From Octopus bimaculoides (Eukaryota): a stretch of 64,000 nucleotides of DNA. The translations under genes and the position numbers were made by a program. Where the stretch lies: the NCBI RefSeq assembly GCF_001194135.2, contig NC_068993.1:50207192-50271191 (forward strand), written 5' to 3'. Below are positions 51,225 to 62,685 of the stretch, piece after piece; position 1 is the stretch's first letter, and the number at the start of each line of letters is the position of its first letter. Under the pieces are notes generated by a model, which did not search any database, had not been told where the DNA came from, and saw nothing but the letters and a program-made list of their open reading frames with translations.

Positions 51225-51415
51225 CTTGACGGTTTACCTATTGTAAGCCTATGATCATAGGTGTTCTAGGTGTATCTATTGTCTTTTTGTATATCATGGA
51301 CTACATTGCCTAGTGTATGTTTTTCCCTTTTTGAATGGTATGATTTGATGGAAATTTAGTTGCTATTACTAGCAGGTTGCGTGAGTGATCACATGGGAGT
51401 TCCATCACTGACTTA
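51225..51415 (-). mobile_element. Repeat family X
   Basis: gcctatgatcatagg..ggactacattgcc..ggtatgatttgatggaaatttagttgctattactagcagg. Confidence 0.7.
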
Positions 51416-52731
51416 TTTATACATTAAGAAACAGCTCACTTCAGTGTTATCTATGACTCGGTTTACAATTTCCAGTAGGAGATGTTTCATGCACTTCACT
51501 TGGCTTGTAAGTGTACTTGGCAAAGGCATGAACATCCTAACATTTCACATCTTCATACCCAGCCTCTCTCCTAAAAAAAAACAAAAAAAAAAACAAAGTA
51601 AAAAATACTTAAGGTTTTATATGTATATTTATGTTATAAACTTGTTTTTAGCATTTCTGGTGCATTAGAATTGGTCTAATTTCTGAAGTTCCATCCTCTT
51701 GGATCTGATTTCTTGCTTTCTATACTAAAGATCATTTCTTCATGTATTAAGCCATCTACTACTACTGCTGCTGCTTCTGCTGCTGCGGCTAGACTAAATT
51801 AATGATAATAATCGTATTGTATCATATTGTAATCCTCCCTTCCATGTATGCCTATACTGACACCAAAGCTTTTCTAATAGCAATTTCCTCTTCAATACTC
51901 AGGCACCCCACAGTGCTGTTTATGTAGAAAGAGGAGTTGGTTTTATTTGTTTATATTTTAGTTTCTTTTCATTTTTTTCTTTCTTTGTTGTTGTTGTTGT
52001 ACATTTACACTGCTTATTGGCGCAGCAAAGTAACTGGACTCTTATTTAAACTCGGGAACCACGAGAGTAAGTAGTTTAGTTTTTATCAGGGACAACTATA
52101 AATACCTCTTGTTCTTGTCTTCTCTCCCTTCCACCAGAATAATTAACACTGCTGATGACAAGTTCCACTAAGTAACATTACATCATCATCATCATCAGCT
52201 AAACTATATAATATAGCCCTGGTCTCAGCTGAACAACAAACTACAAGCAAATTGCATTAATTCACTGTTTATAAAAGTTCAACAAGAGAAGCTGTCTTTG
52301 CTCTGCCTCTCTCTCCTCTCTTCTCTTCTCTTTCTCTCTCCTCTCTTCTCTCTCTCTCTCCTCTCTTCTCTTCTCTCTCTCTCTCTCCTCTCTCTCTCCT
52401 CTCTTCTCTTCTCTCTCCTCTCTCTCTCCTCTCTTCTATTCTCTCTCCTCTCTTCTATTCTCTCTCCTCTCTTCTATTCTCNNNNNNNNNNNNNNNNNNN
52501 NNNNNNNNNNNNNNNNNNNNNNNNNNNNNNNNNNNNNNNNNNNNNNNNNNNNNNNNNNNNNNNNNNNNNNNNNNNNNNNNNNNNNNNNNNNNNNNNNNNN
52601 NNNNNNNNNNNNNNNNNNNNNNNNNNNNNNNNNNNNNNNNNNNNNNNNNNNNNNNNNNNNNNNNNNNNNNNNNNNNNNNNNNNNNNNNNNNNNNNNNNNN
52701 NNNNNNNNNNNNNNNNNNNNNNNNNNNNNNN

Positions 52732-52781
<50 letters not shown>

Positions 52782-54209
52782 CTTTCCATGGTAAAGGAAT
52801 TTGGAGCCTTGATTACAAGGGGTCAGCCTGCCTCTTCAATCTCTTCTATCTCTGGTTACTTTACAGTAGACATAGAATGGTAGCAGTAGTAAAGTAGTAG
52901 TAGCTGTTCTGATGGTTCTACTTGTGTTGGTGAAGTGATGGCTGTGGTCATAGCAGTTTTAGCAGTTGCAGTGGTGGTGGCCAGAATAGCAATGGTCTAG
53001 TAAACATGATCTAGATGAGGCTTCATCATTTTCCAACTGTCTGCATCAGAGAATATTTTGGGTGTAACAATATTGCCAGCAAAACCCTTCCAAATTTCCA
53101 GTACATTTCTGCTTTTCACCCTTGCTTCCAGCTCTTCCCACCAGCATAGGAAGACAAAGAGAGCCAGCCAGACAGACAGACAGACTTACACTCAGGTCTC
53201 TCCTACACATGCCTTTCTTTCTCTTCTGACAGTGTTTTAATGACTGCCTCATTAAATTTCCTCATTAGGTGAAGAGTGGGTCGGTGAAAGTGGAGCATTG
53301 CAAGGCCTGGGCACATCATAATTATGAGGACATTGCACTGTTCTACCCCTGCCTACTTACCCCTCCAACCCAGTCAATACCTTGTTTCCAATGTTTTCAT
53401 TTGATTTTTTAAAATTTTTTGTTATTTTTCTGAGAGTGACATTGTATAAATCCATCAATCAAGAATGCTGATACCAAACTATTTTTGCAATGTGTGTGTG
53501 TGTGTGTGTGTGTGCATTCTTGTGAAATGTGTTTCGCTTTGTATTTGTGTGTCTATGAATGCGTGCATTGTATGTTTGTATATGTGTATGTTTGTCATCT
53601 GTATTTTTGTCTTAGGGGAAGTGTGCTGAAGAAACTCTCCTCATGACAACAAAACTTGTTTGCATGGGTGTGTATATGTATCAACATACAAAACATGCAC
53701 ACGCATAAACACATATACGCGTGTGTGTGTGAAAAGAGTGAGCCTGTTCGTTGAATATCAAACCACACACTCTTCAGATTAGCATTCAAGGTTGTAAATC
53801 ATTACATGAGTGTGTGTATTGAATTGCTTTCAGCTTTCGCTGAATTATAGATTAGTAAACATTGATATACTTAATCAAGGTGTAGATGTTTTAGGAAAAG
53901 AAACACAACTTATGCTGTATTGAATACTCCTTTTCTGATCAACCGTTTTAGTGCAAGCTGATCTTAAAGTCACAATCAATTTTTATGGTGGGCCAAGGCA
54001 AAGCTTAACCTAGCTTTGTTACAAATGGCAGTATTTGATGACAAACCATTGTTAGACGTAGCAGGGGCAGGCACTTTCAAGCATTTACATACACATACAC
54101 ATACATGCCTACACAAACATACACACATTCATATTTATAAGTCATATATAAATATGTATGTATGTATGTCCATTTGTACACATATAAACTTTTGTGTAGA
54201 AATAAGGGT

Positions 54210-54261
54210 TACTCTTCTTTACTCCTCCTTACTCTTCTTTACTCTTCCTTACTCTTCTTTA
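54210..54261. repeat. 10-bp tandem repeat (tactcttctt), five copies
   Basis: Direct reading of the sequence. Confidence 0.9.
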
Positions 54262-54599
54262 TACGTTCACAACCAACACACATACACACACACAGACACA
54301 CCCACACACCCACACCCACAGTTTGTTATTGTAGGCTGTTTCAATGATGATATGGTTGGGAAGGGCTGTTCTGCCTATCATTGTTGTTGTTTGCTTATTT
54401 TTCTTCAGTTTTGCTTTTTCTTTATAATATTCTTTCTTCCTTCCAACCACCGTCTCCTTGTCTTGGTTTTTCTGCATCTGTCTTGTCACAGTCTTGTCAC
54501 AGCAACAACAACAATGATGACAATGACAATTAGTACAAAAACAACAACAATAATGACAGGGAAAAGAGTATTATTATTATTGTTATTATTATTATTATT

Positions 54600-54812
54600 G
54601 TGGCAAGCTGGCAGAATCGTTAGCACTCTGGGCAAAATGCTTAGAGATATTTTGTCTGTCGCTATGTTCTGAGTTCAAATTTTGCTAAGGTCAACTTTGC
54701 CTTTCATCCTTTTTGGGGCTGATAATTTAATACCAGTTGAGTACTGGGGGTTAATGTAATCGACTATCCCCCTCCCCACAATTTCAGGCCTGTTGCCTGT
54801 AGTAGAAAGAAT
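54600..54812 (+). mobile_element. SINE family A inserted in an (ATT)n tract
   Basis: ggcaagctggcagaatcgttagcactctgggcaaaatgc..ggtcaactttgcctttcatcc..gtagtagaaagaattatt. Confidence 0.9.
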
Positions 54813-54829
54813 TATTATTATTATTATTG

Positions 54830-54868
<39 letters not shown>

Positions 54869-55270
54869 GTAGTAGTAGTAGTAATGATATACATAAAAAG
54901 AAAGAAAAAGGCAGGTGTGAATTTTCTACAATGTAGTCTGCTGCTTAACTAGAATATGAATTGTGAAGGGGAGGAGCAGAAAATTAAAATCTACTACTAC
55001 TACTACTAATCTGGTTGACTACTACTGTGGTTGATTCCACTGTTAAAGATAATAATGGTGATAAGAATTTGTGGGTGTATGAGTGGTGGTGGTGGTGGTG
55101 GTGGTGGTGGTGATGGTGGAGGGTTGTTTCCATATAAGATTTTTAGATAGTGGAATAAATGTGAGTCGGTGACATTCATATCTTCTCCTCAGGGAAGCAG
55201 TTCTAGCTGAGAATCAATGCCAAAGTCATTGATTAGCAAGGATAAACTCCAAACATTTATGCTACACCAC

Positions 55271-55302
<32 letters not shown>

Positions 55303-55928
55303 GTGGTGGTGGTGGTATTGTGGGATGAAGGTAGTTTGTAAACAGTTCTATTACCAGTATTACCAGGTGTATTAATGCATGCGGTGTTGTTACTAGCAGG
55401 AATTCATAGTATATTCAAGGATGATAGTGATGAAGATGATGGTGACGGTGATGATTTTGAAGATAAGGTTTCTCATTTTAAGTATTCCCTGAAGATTTCT
55501 GTATACTTTTGGATCTGATGTATAGTTTGTTTTCGTTACAGAAGAAAGAAAGGCTACTACTACTAAATAGACATGGTACAGTTTATATTTATTAAGATAC
55601 AGCTAATGAATCACTCTGTTGTTGAATTCAGGCTTGATGTTGCCTGAAATACCACATGCAGTGAATCATCACCTGTTTCCAACAGTTTATAACCTCGGCC
55701 TGTAGTATTTAGAGTTTTACAATTGTAAAACACACACATCTGAATGATCAGATTTGCTTTTGCATCAACGAAACTCCGAGTAAGAGCTAAGCTATACTCT
55801 ACTCAGATTCAGTCGATTGTTACTCAGTATGTTTTTATTTTTTTGCATTGCATGTATTTTAACCAAAATTGAACTAAATTCAGCAAAGGAGTGATTCATT
55901 AGTTGTTTTCTAATTGATGTAAACTGTA

Positions 55929-56059
55929 AGGCGTCGAGGTCGATTTTGCCTTTAATCCTTTCGATCTCGATAAATTAAGTACCAGTTGTGTACTGGAGTC
56001 AATTTAATCAACTGGCCCCTTCCCCCAAAATTTCAGGCCTTGTGTCTAGAGTAGAAAAG
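55929..56059 (+). mobile_element. Internally deleted SINE family A with 17-bp TSD
   Basis: TSD aattgatgtaaactgta (55912-55928) and aattgacataaactgta (56060-56076); head aggcg joined directly to cgaggtcgattttgcc. Confidence 0.88.
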
Positions 56060-56094
56060 AATTGACATAAACTGTACTATATGCAGTGAGTACT

Positions 56095-56450
56095 TTTCCT
56101 TTTGTGGTGAGCAAGACTAATCCTTTTTATTGGTGATTGGTGCTTCCTCTCTAGTGCTGGTGCTGTAAAAATGCACCTAAGACACACTCTAAAGTACTTT
56201 GCAAAAGATCAGAGAAAATGCAAGGTTGTAAGATTCCTATAGTCCTGTCTTGCTGAACCGTGTTCAACTTCTCTGGTTAGTGCTGTGAGAAAATGTACCC
56301 AGCATGCTCTGTGAAGTGGTTAGCAATAAGAAGGGCAAGCAGCCAGCCATAGAAATGACATGTACTCCCAATAAGAATAGGCTTGGTTTGTGACAACCTA
56401 TGCCAACATAGGAAATGGATGTAAAATGATGATGATGATGATGATGATAG
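56095..56450 (+). mobile_element. SINE family D, decayed, with (GAT)n tail
   Basis: gtggttagcaataagaagggca..caacctatgccaacataggaaatggatgtaaaatgatgatgatg. Confidence 0.7.
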
Positions 56451-56614
56451 CATTTTGTGTCTACTGAAGAGACATTACTATATTTGTATTCAGTTTTTTT
56501 TATTTTTTAATAATGATTTTTTAAATATTTCCATATTAGTCATTTTGGTAACTTTGTTTACAAACCATCTGTCTCATCTTCAGCATGAAGTGACAATAGT
56601 AACATGTTGATAAA

Positions 56615-56770
56615 TTTACTTTATTATATATATGAAGCAAGGGATCATGGGAATGGTCTTATAACTGCTGAAGACAAAAAATAAGAAGTTCTTGAAACAA
56701 AAAGGACTTTTTAAAAAAATCATTGAAAGAAATATAAATCTTGATTTGAAAAAAACAAAAATGTCATAGT
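56615..56770 (+). pseudogene. Possible decayed non-LTR reverse-transcriptase fragment
   Basis: Broken frames give FIIYM, GLITAEDKK*E and NINLDLKKTKM, loosely resembling the RT motifs LF.IYM, DD.VL.AE and GL.IN..KTK.M. No YADD motif is retained. Confidence 0.3.
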
Positions 56771-56814
56771 TCCAATGTGTCTGAAAGAAAAGCTCTTCTC
56801 TTTATACATACAAA

Positions 56815-56863
<49 letters not shown>

Positions 56864-57421
56864 CACATGCCTATATGTTTATATAACTTTCTATAGTTTA
56901 TATAATATTTGTGTGTCCCTTTTTTGTTTGAGAATGCAGCCTTTCCTNNNNNNNNNNNNNNNNNNNNNNNNNNNNNNNNNNNNNNNNNNNNNNNNNNNNN
57001 NNNNNNNNNNNNNNNNNNNNNNNNNNNNNNNNNNNNNNNNNNNNNNNNNNNNNNNNNNNNNNNNNNNNNNNNNNNNNNNNNNNNNNNNNNNNNNNNNNNN
57101 NNNNNNNNNNNNNNNNNNNNNNNNNNNNNNNNNNNNNNNNNNNNNNNNNNNNNNNNNNNNNNNNNNNNNNNNNNNNNNNNNNNNNNNNNNNNNNNNNNNN
57201 NNNNNNNNNNNNNNNNNNNNNNNNNNNNNNNNNNNNNNNNNNNNNNNNNNNNNNNNNNNNNNNNNNNNNNNNNNNNNNNNNNNNNNNNNNNNNNNNNNNN
57301 NNNNNNNNNNNNNNNNNNNNNNNNNNNNNNNNNNNNNNNNNNNNNNNNNNNNNNNNNNNNNNNNNNNNNNNNNNNNNNNNNNNNNNNNNNNNNNNNNNNN
57401 NNNNNNNNNNNNNNNNNNNNN

Positions 57422-57465
<44 letters not shown>

Positions 57466-58164
57466 TATTTTTCAAGCCTCTTTCTCTTCCCCCCTCTTGA
57501 TATTCATCTCTCTATCTTTTCCTCCCGCTCACCCTCTCAGTCTCACCTACCCTATCACTCTTCTCTTTTCTCTTTTCCTCCCCCCCCTGTCACCCTAATC
57601 ACTGGTCTCTGACATATCTTGTGGCATTCTTTTTAAGTACAGGTTGTTTTTGCCTCATTATGCTCTGCACGCATTCCACCGTGAGCACAATGAAGGAACT
57701 TATTAGCTTCTGTGACTGTTTCTTCATTTTTGATAACGAACATATCTGGAAAATTCCTTGAATGGAAAAGGAATGAATGAAAGAAAGCTCCTAAGCTCAC
57801 AACAGACAGTTGCCTGCTGCCAACCTTCACCACTACTATCTTAAATATTACCTCCACCACCACCACCGCCGCCACTGCTATTGAAGGCTTCTCTACCAAG
57901 GCTTACCTTATCCACCACTGTCTGTGCCGCTATCTTAACCACTGCTCTCACCCCCCACCCAATTTCCTTTTTACACTCATTGGCAATCTCTTACTGTTTC
58001 TTCCCCTTCTTTCTCCCCTCCCCCTCGCTCTGTCATTTTGCTGTCTATCCATAAATCCATTTATCCCTCTATCCATTTATCTATCTATCTATCTATCACT
58101 GTTTGTTTGTCTTTATTCTTACTCTCTCTCTCTCTTTCTCTCTCTCTCTTTCTCTCTCTCTCTT

Positions 58165-58211
<47 letters not shown>

Positions 58212-58485
58212 NNNNNNNNNNNNNNNNNNNNNNNNNNNNNNNNNNNNNNNNNNNNNNNNNNNNNNNNNNNNNNNNNNNNNNNNNNNNNNNNNNNNNNNNN
58301 NNNNNNNNNNNNNNNNNNNNNNNNNNNNNNNNNNNNNNNNNNNNNNNNNNNNNNNNNNNNNNNNNNNNNNNNNNNNNNNNNNNNNNNNNNNNNNNNNNNN
58401 NNNNNNNNNNNNNNNNNNNNNNNNNNNNNNNNNNNNNNNNNNNNNNNNNNNNNNNNNNNNNNNNNNNNNNNNNNNNNNNNNNNNN

Positions 58486-58528
<43 letters not shown>

Positions 58529-58551
58529 GTGTGTTTGTGTGTGCCGCATAC

Positions 58552-58591
<40 letters not shown>

Positions 58592-58800
58592 ATTGTGTTC
58601 CAGATCTAATTTTCTTTTCAGTTTCTTTAAGTCTTCCTTGTAAAATATACTTCATTTTTACTTCTTTTCATTTTCGTTTTCTTCTTTTCTTTTTTTTTTC
58701 TCCCTATCAAAATCTAAGAGTTATTTTCTGCTTGGTTAAAAGTTCATATTCTCTAAGAATACAAGACAAAAACGAAACAGCCACAATAACAAATGTTAGA

Positions 58801-58835
<35 letters not shown>

Positions 58836-59529
58836 CAACAACATTTATAATATCTAATGATGATAATAATAACAATAGGAAAACAACACAATGACAATTA
58901 TATCAATAAATAATGACCATGATGATGATGATGATATCAACTGAAAATGCTTTTAATATATAAAAAAAAAAGAGAGAGAGAGAGAAAATTCTTGTTTCCC
59001 AGCAGACAAGTGTACTTACTTATAAAGGTTTTGTTTTTGTAAAGCCTGAAACTGTAATAGACAGTCACTAAAACAAGTATTTTCAACACAAAAAATGTGT
59101 GTAAAAATCTAAGAATAAAGCTGAAAACAGAAGCAAAAATTAACCCATTGACTAGCATCTTTATTTATTTTGAAATGTCTTCCTGGGTACTGGCAGCAAT
59201 GTAACTTCTATTGTCTTGAAGAATGAGACACAGCTCTTTATCCTAATGAATAGGAAGAAATACTTTTTGTTTTGTTAGTATATAGCCTAAACAACTTACT
59301 GTTAATTTTCTTGGAATTTATGAAATAATTCTTGTCATAGATAATGATGATGATGATGATGGTCGACATCATCACTGTCGTCATCATTATTTGTCATTTG
59401 TTCTCACATATTGGCATAGGTTTGATAGATCTGCAATTTACAGTAAACACATTTCATAACCTGATGAATTGTTTCTGGATCAAGAAATAGATAACAAAGG
59501 AATTTGCATCAATAAAGAAACCTTCTACT

Positions 59530-60085
59530 GCTTAAAAGGCAACAGCCAAATCTCCCTCAAATCATGCCTAACCCTAAAAAACAATGATGATTCATTAGGT
59601 AATATAGTTCTGTGTAGACTTTGGTGGTGGAGGCGCAATGGCCCAGTGGTTAGGGCAGCGGACTCGCAGTCATAGGATCGCGGTTTCGGTCCGCAGACCG
59701 GGCATTGTGAGTGTTTATTGAGCGAAAACACCTAAAGCTTCACGAGGCTCCGGCAGGGGATGGTGGCGAACGCTGCTGTACTCTCTCACCACAACTTTCT
59801 CTCACTCTTAGTTCCTGTTTCTGTTGTACCTGTAATTCAAAGGGCCAGCCTTGTCACACTCTGTGTCACGCTGAATATCCCTGAGAACTACGTTAAGGGT
59901 ACATGTGTCTGTGGAGTGCTCAGCCACTTGCACGTTAATTTCACGAGCAGGCTGTTCCGTTGATCAGATCAACTAGAACCCGCGACGGAGTGCCAACAAC
60001 AGACTTTGTTGAGAAAAACAATGGGATGGTTCTCACCGGGTTGCCTTGGATTATAGGTTTCCTTAACCATGTCTGACCTGGGATA
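59530..60085 (+). mobile_element. Repeat family X split by a younger SINE
   Basis: acagccaaatctccctcaaatc..(insertion)..gggatggttctcaccgggttgccttggattataggt..ctgacctggg. Confidence 0.7.
59624..60000 (+). mobile_element. Young full-length tRNA-derived SINE (family F; possibly one of the published octopus OR/OK families, unverified)
   Basis: A-box tggcccagtggttag, B-box ggtttcggtcc, (CAA)n tail, exact 8-bp TSD agactttg (59616-59623 and 60001-60008), about 21 CpGs retained. Confidence 0.92.
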
Positions 60086-61495
60086 TTTTATATCCCTTTT
60101 TATATTGCTTGTACCTAGTTTAGAGAGTTCCTGATTTTCTTTTAATAGCTGTAGTAATCTCCACACAACAATTGGTAGATACTAACAAGCCAATGCTATT
60201 TCTAAGTTTGTTCACTTCATTCGATTATTTTCATTTTAACTGTTGGGTAAAAATAAAAATGCATATAAGTTAGAAAATCTCTCTATTCTTCTGCCCTGAA
60301 AAGATAGCACTTTTTCTTCCCAGACAAAATATACCAATATTTCTAAGTAGATCAGATTAGACATAAATTACCTAAAATAAATGAAATGATTTTGCAGTAA
60401 CAATACATCTTGAGGAATCTCATCTCAGAATTCCAAACCTACAATTGCCACAAATAGCACGCATGCACATGCACACTCACACATACACACACACACACAC
60501 ACGTGTACGTATGTGTTAAATGTATACTTTTGAAGATATTTTCTGAGATAATGGTTAATTTCCAGTTGTTAACCATTATTGTTCTAGCTCCGTGAGCAAA
60601 AACCGAATTATAATGTGCTCGTCGTCACAATCGACATTTTAATGGCACTAAAATAGCTGATAGTCAAAATTACTTTGTTCATTGAAATTTGGAAATATAA
60701 TTGGTCATGTTTTTAGGACTTTTAAATTAAATAATGCTCAGGAGTAGCTTTTAATCACAGTTTTCTCTCTTTTTCTCTATCTTGTTTAACTTTCCTCATT
60801 AATAAATACAGCAATGTTTTGTTACACATTAACTCTAGCTCTTGTTCTTTGTTTTGAAAACTGTGATGAAGAATAATGATGATGGTAATAATAATGGTAA
60901 TAATGATGATGACGATGATGATGATTACTATTATTATTATTTGTTAAATAATAATAATAATAATAATGATTTGTTTAATGATTAAGCAATAAAGCATGCA
61001 AATTTGTCTGGTATGAGAATACAGCCCAGTAATTACTTTTGGATATAAACCAAAGGCTGTTAGATAGCTTGTGTGTGTGTGTGTGTGTGTACAGTGTTAT
61101 AAGGGTTGGTTTTTTTGTAGTCCCCATTGGGTCATTGATCCACACACCTCTGAACACCCTAGTTGTGATGGAGTGATATAAAGGAAGAGTTCGCAGCAGT
61201 AATTTCCTGTTACCTTTGCACAGAAGTGCAAATCAAGTGTAACAGTTATCAGTTTTTTACAGTGCTCCTACTGCTTACCACATGAACTACATTAAACTAT
61301 CATATCTACATAAAACTATGAGAACTCCCCCTCTCTCTTTGATTTTATAGTGATAGAATTGTGTTTAATGGTACAGCTTTCTTGTATGCATTCCACTCTG
61401 GAAATACTTTCACATGCTACCACCAAGGAACTATTATAGCATCAGAGGTGAGCTTTTTACTTGAGCCGAAAAGACAAGATGTTAAACCTTCCAAA

Positions 61496-61825
61496 GGTGC
61501 TTGGCTCAGAGGTTAGAGTGTCGAACTCACAATCAAGGGGTTGTGAGTTTGATTCCCAGACTGGACTGTGTGTTGTGTTCTTGAGCAAGACACTTTATTT
61601 CACGTTGCTCCAGTTCACTCAGCTGTAGAAATGAGTTGTGACGTCACTGGTGCCAAGCTGTATCAGCCTTTGCCTTTCCCTTTGACAACATCGGTGGCGT
61701 GGAGAAAGACTCGTATGCATGAGTGACTGTTGGTCTTCCACAAACAACCTTGTCAGGACTTGTGCCTCAAAGGGGAATTTTCTAGGTGCAATCCCATGGT
61801 TATTCATGACCAAAAGGGAATCTTT
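61496..61825 (+). mobile_element. tRNA-derived SINE with CORE-like central domain (family E)
   Basis: A-box tggctcagaggttag, decayed B-box gtttgattcc, then gtgttcttgagcaagacactttatttcac..cagctgtagaaatgag resembling the CORE/V-SINE-type domain. Confidence 0.8.
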
Positions 61826-62333
61826 ACATCAGATATATAGGACTTGAATAATACTTTCTGTACTTTTATCAGAATTGAGCAGTTAAAGCCCTCTTAGAAA
61901 TACCCCTGGTATCGTCTTCAATTACTGACAATGTTGATATTTATTTACCAGCTTATGTTGTTTTTTTCCTTTCCTGTGGGAAATTATTGTCATGCTAATG
62001 TGTTGGTGGTTACAGTGTTTGTAATAATGGGGTAGGTTGGGTGGATAGCAGAATGGATGGATTTACATGTCTACCTGGCTCTTCTTTATACTAAGAACAA
62101 GTAATATCTTTGATGTAGGAGTTAAAGTAGGTATTCTGTTACCCACTTCTTTCAAAGTAAGTAGTCTTAGAAACCTGTTCATAGTTGCTTTGTATGTATT
62201 CCATTGTGTGTACACGGTATGTAGAATGCTGTATGTGTATTTAATACAAGTTCCTTTTAATTCTCTTTACTTACTTACATATCTTCCGAATATAAATCTG
62301 TGTGTGTGTACGCATACTCATACGTATATATAT

Positions 62334-62365
<32 letters not shown>

Positions 62366-62604
62366 TACATAGGATTAAACAAAACAAATCTACTCCATCA
62401 TTAACAGAAGATATGTCAAAATAATGACTTGCTTTTATAACTTTCCTTTGATGTGTCTTTTTTTATTTGTTTTTCTTTTGGTTTTGTTTAATATACATTT
62501 ACTTTTTCCGCTTACTTATATATATATCTAGATTTTAAATAGATAATCGCAATTTTGGAAATATAGCTTCTGTAGTACTTATATTTTCTTCTTGTTCCTG
62601 TTCA

Positions 62605-62685
62605 AAATCGGATCTTAGCTAAAAATATTCCCTTAGATCTGGATTAATCCGAGATCTATCTGATCCAAGATCAACTGATCTATAT
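62605..62685. promoter_or_regulatory. GATC-dense palindromic cluster, candidate regulatory element
   Basis: Six GATC in 70 bp; agatct-ggattaatcc-g-agatct near-palindrome. Confidence 0.3.

Noticed and set aside
57633-57899. Protein-looking minus-strand frame (NFPDMFVIKNEETVTEANKFLHCAHGG)
   Set aside because: The acceptor is plausible but there is no good donor and no recognised homology; left unresolved rather than called.
59624-59705. tRNA-like heads here and at 61496, 49543 and 26605
   Set aside because: A and B boxes are present but there is no closed acceptor stem or terminator, and each runs into a SINE body; not tRNA genes.
60026-60110. VLTGLPWIIGFL resembling adhesion/secretin GPCR TM6
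   Set aside because: Aligns to the family X consensus (gggatggtcacagctggaatgcctttgatcatagg) and is interrupted by stops; coincidental.
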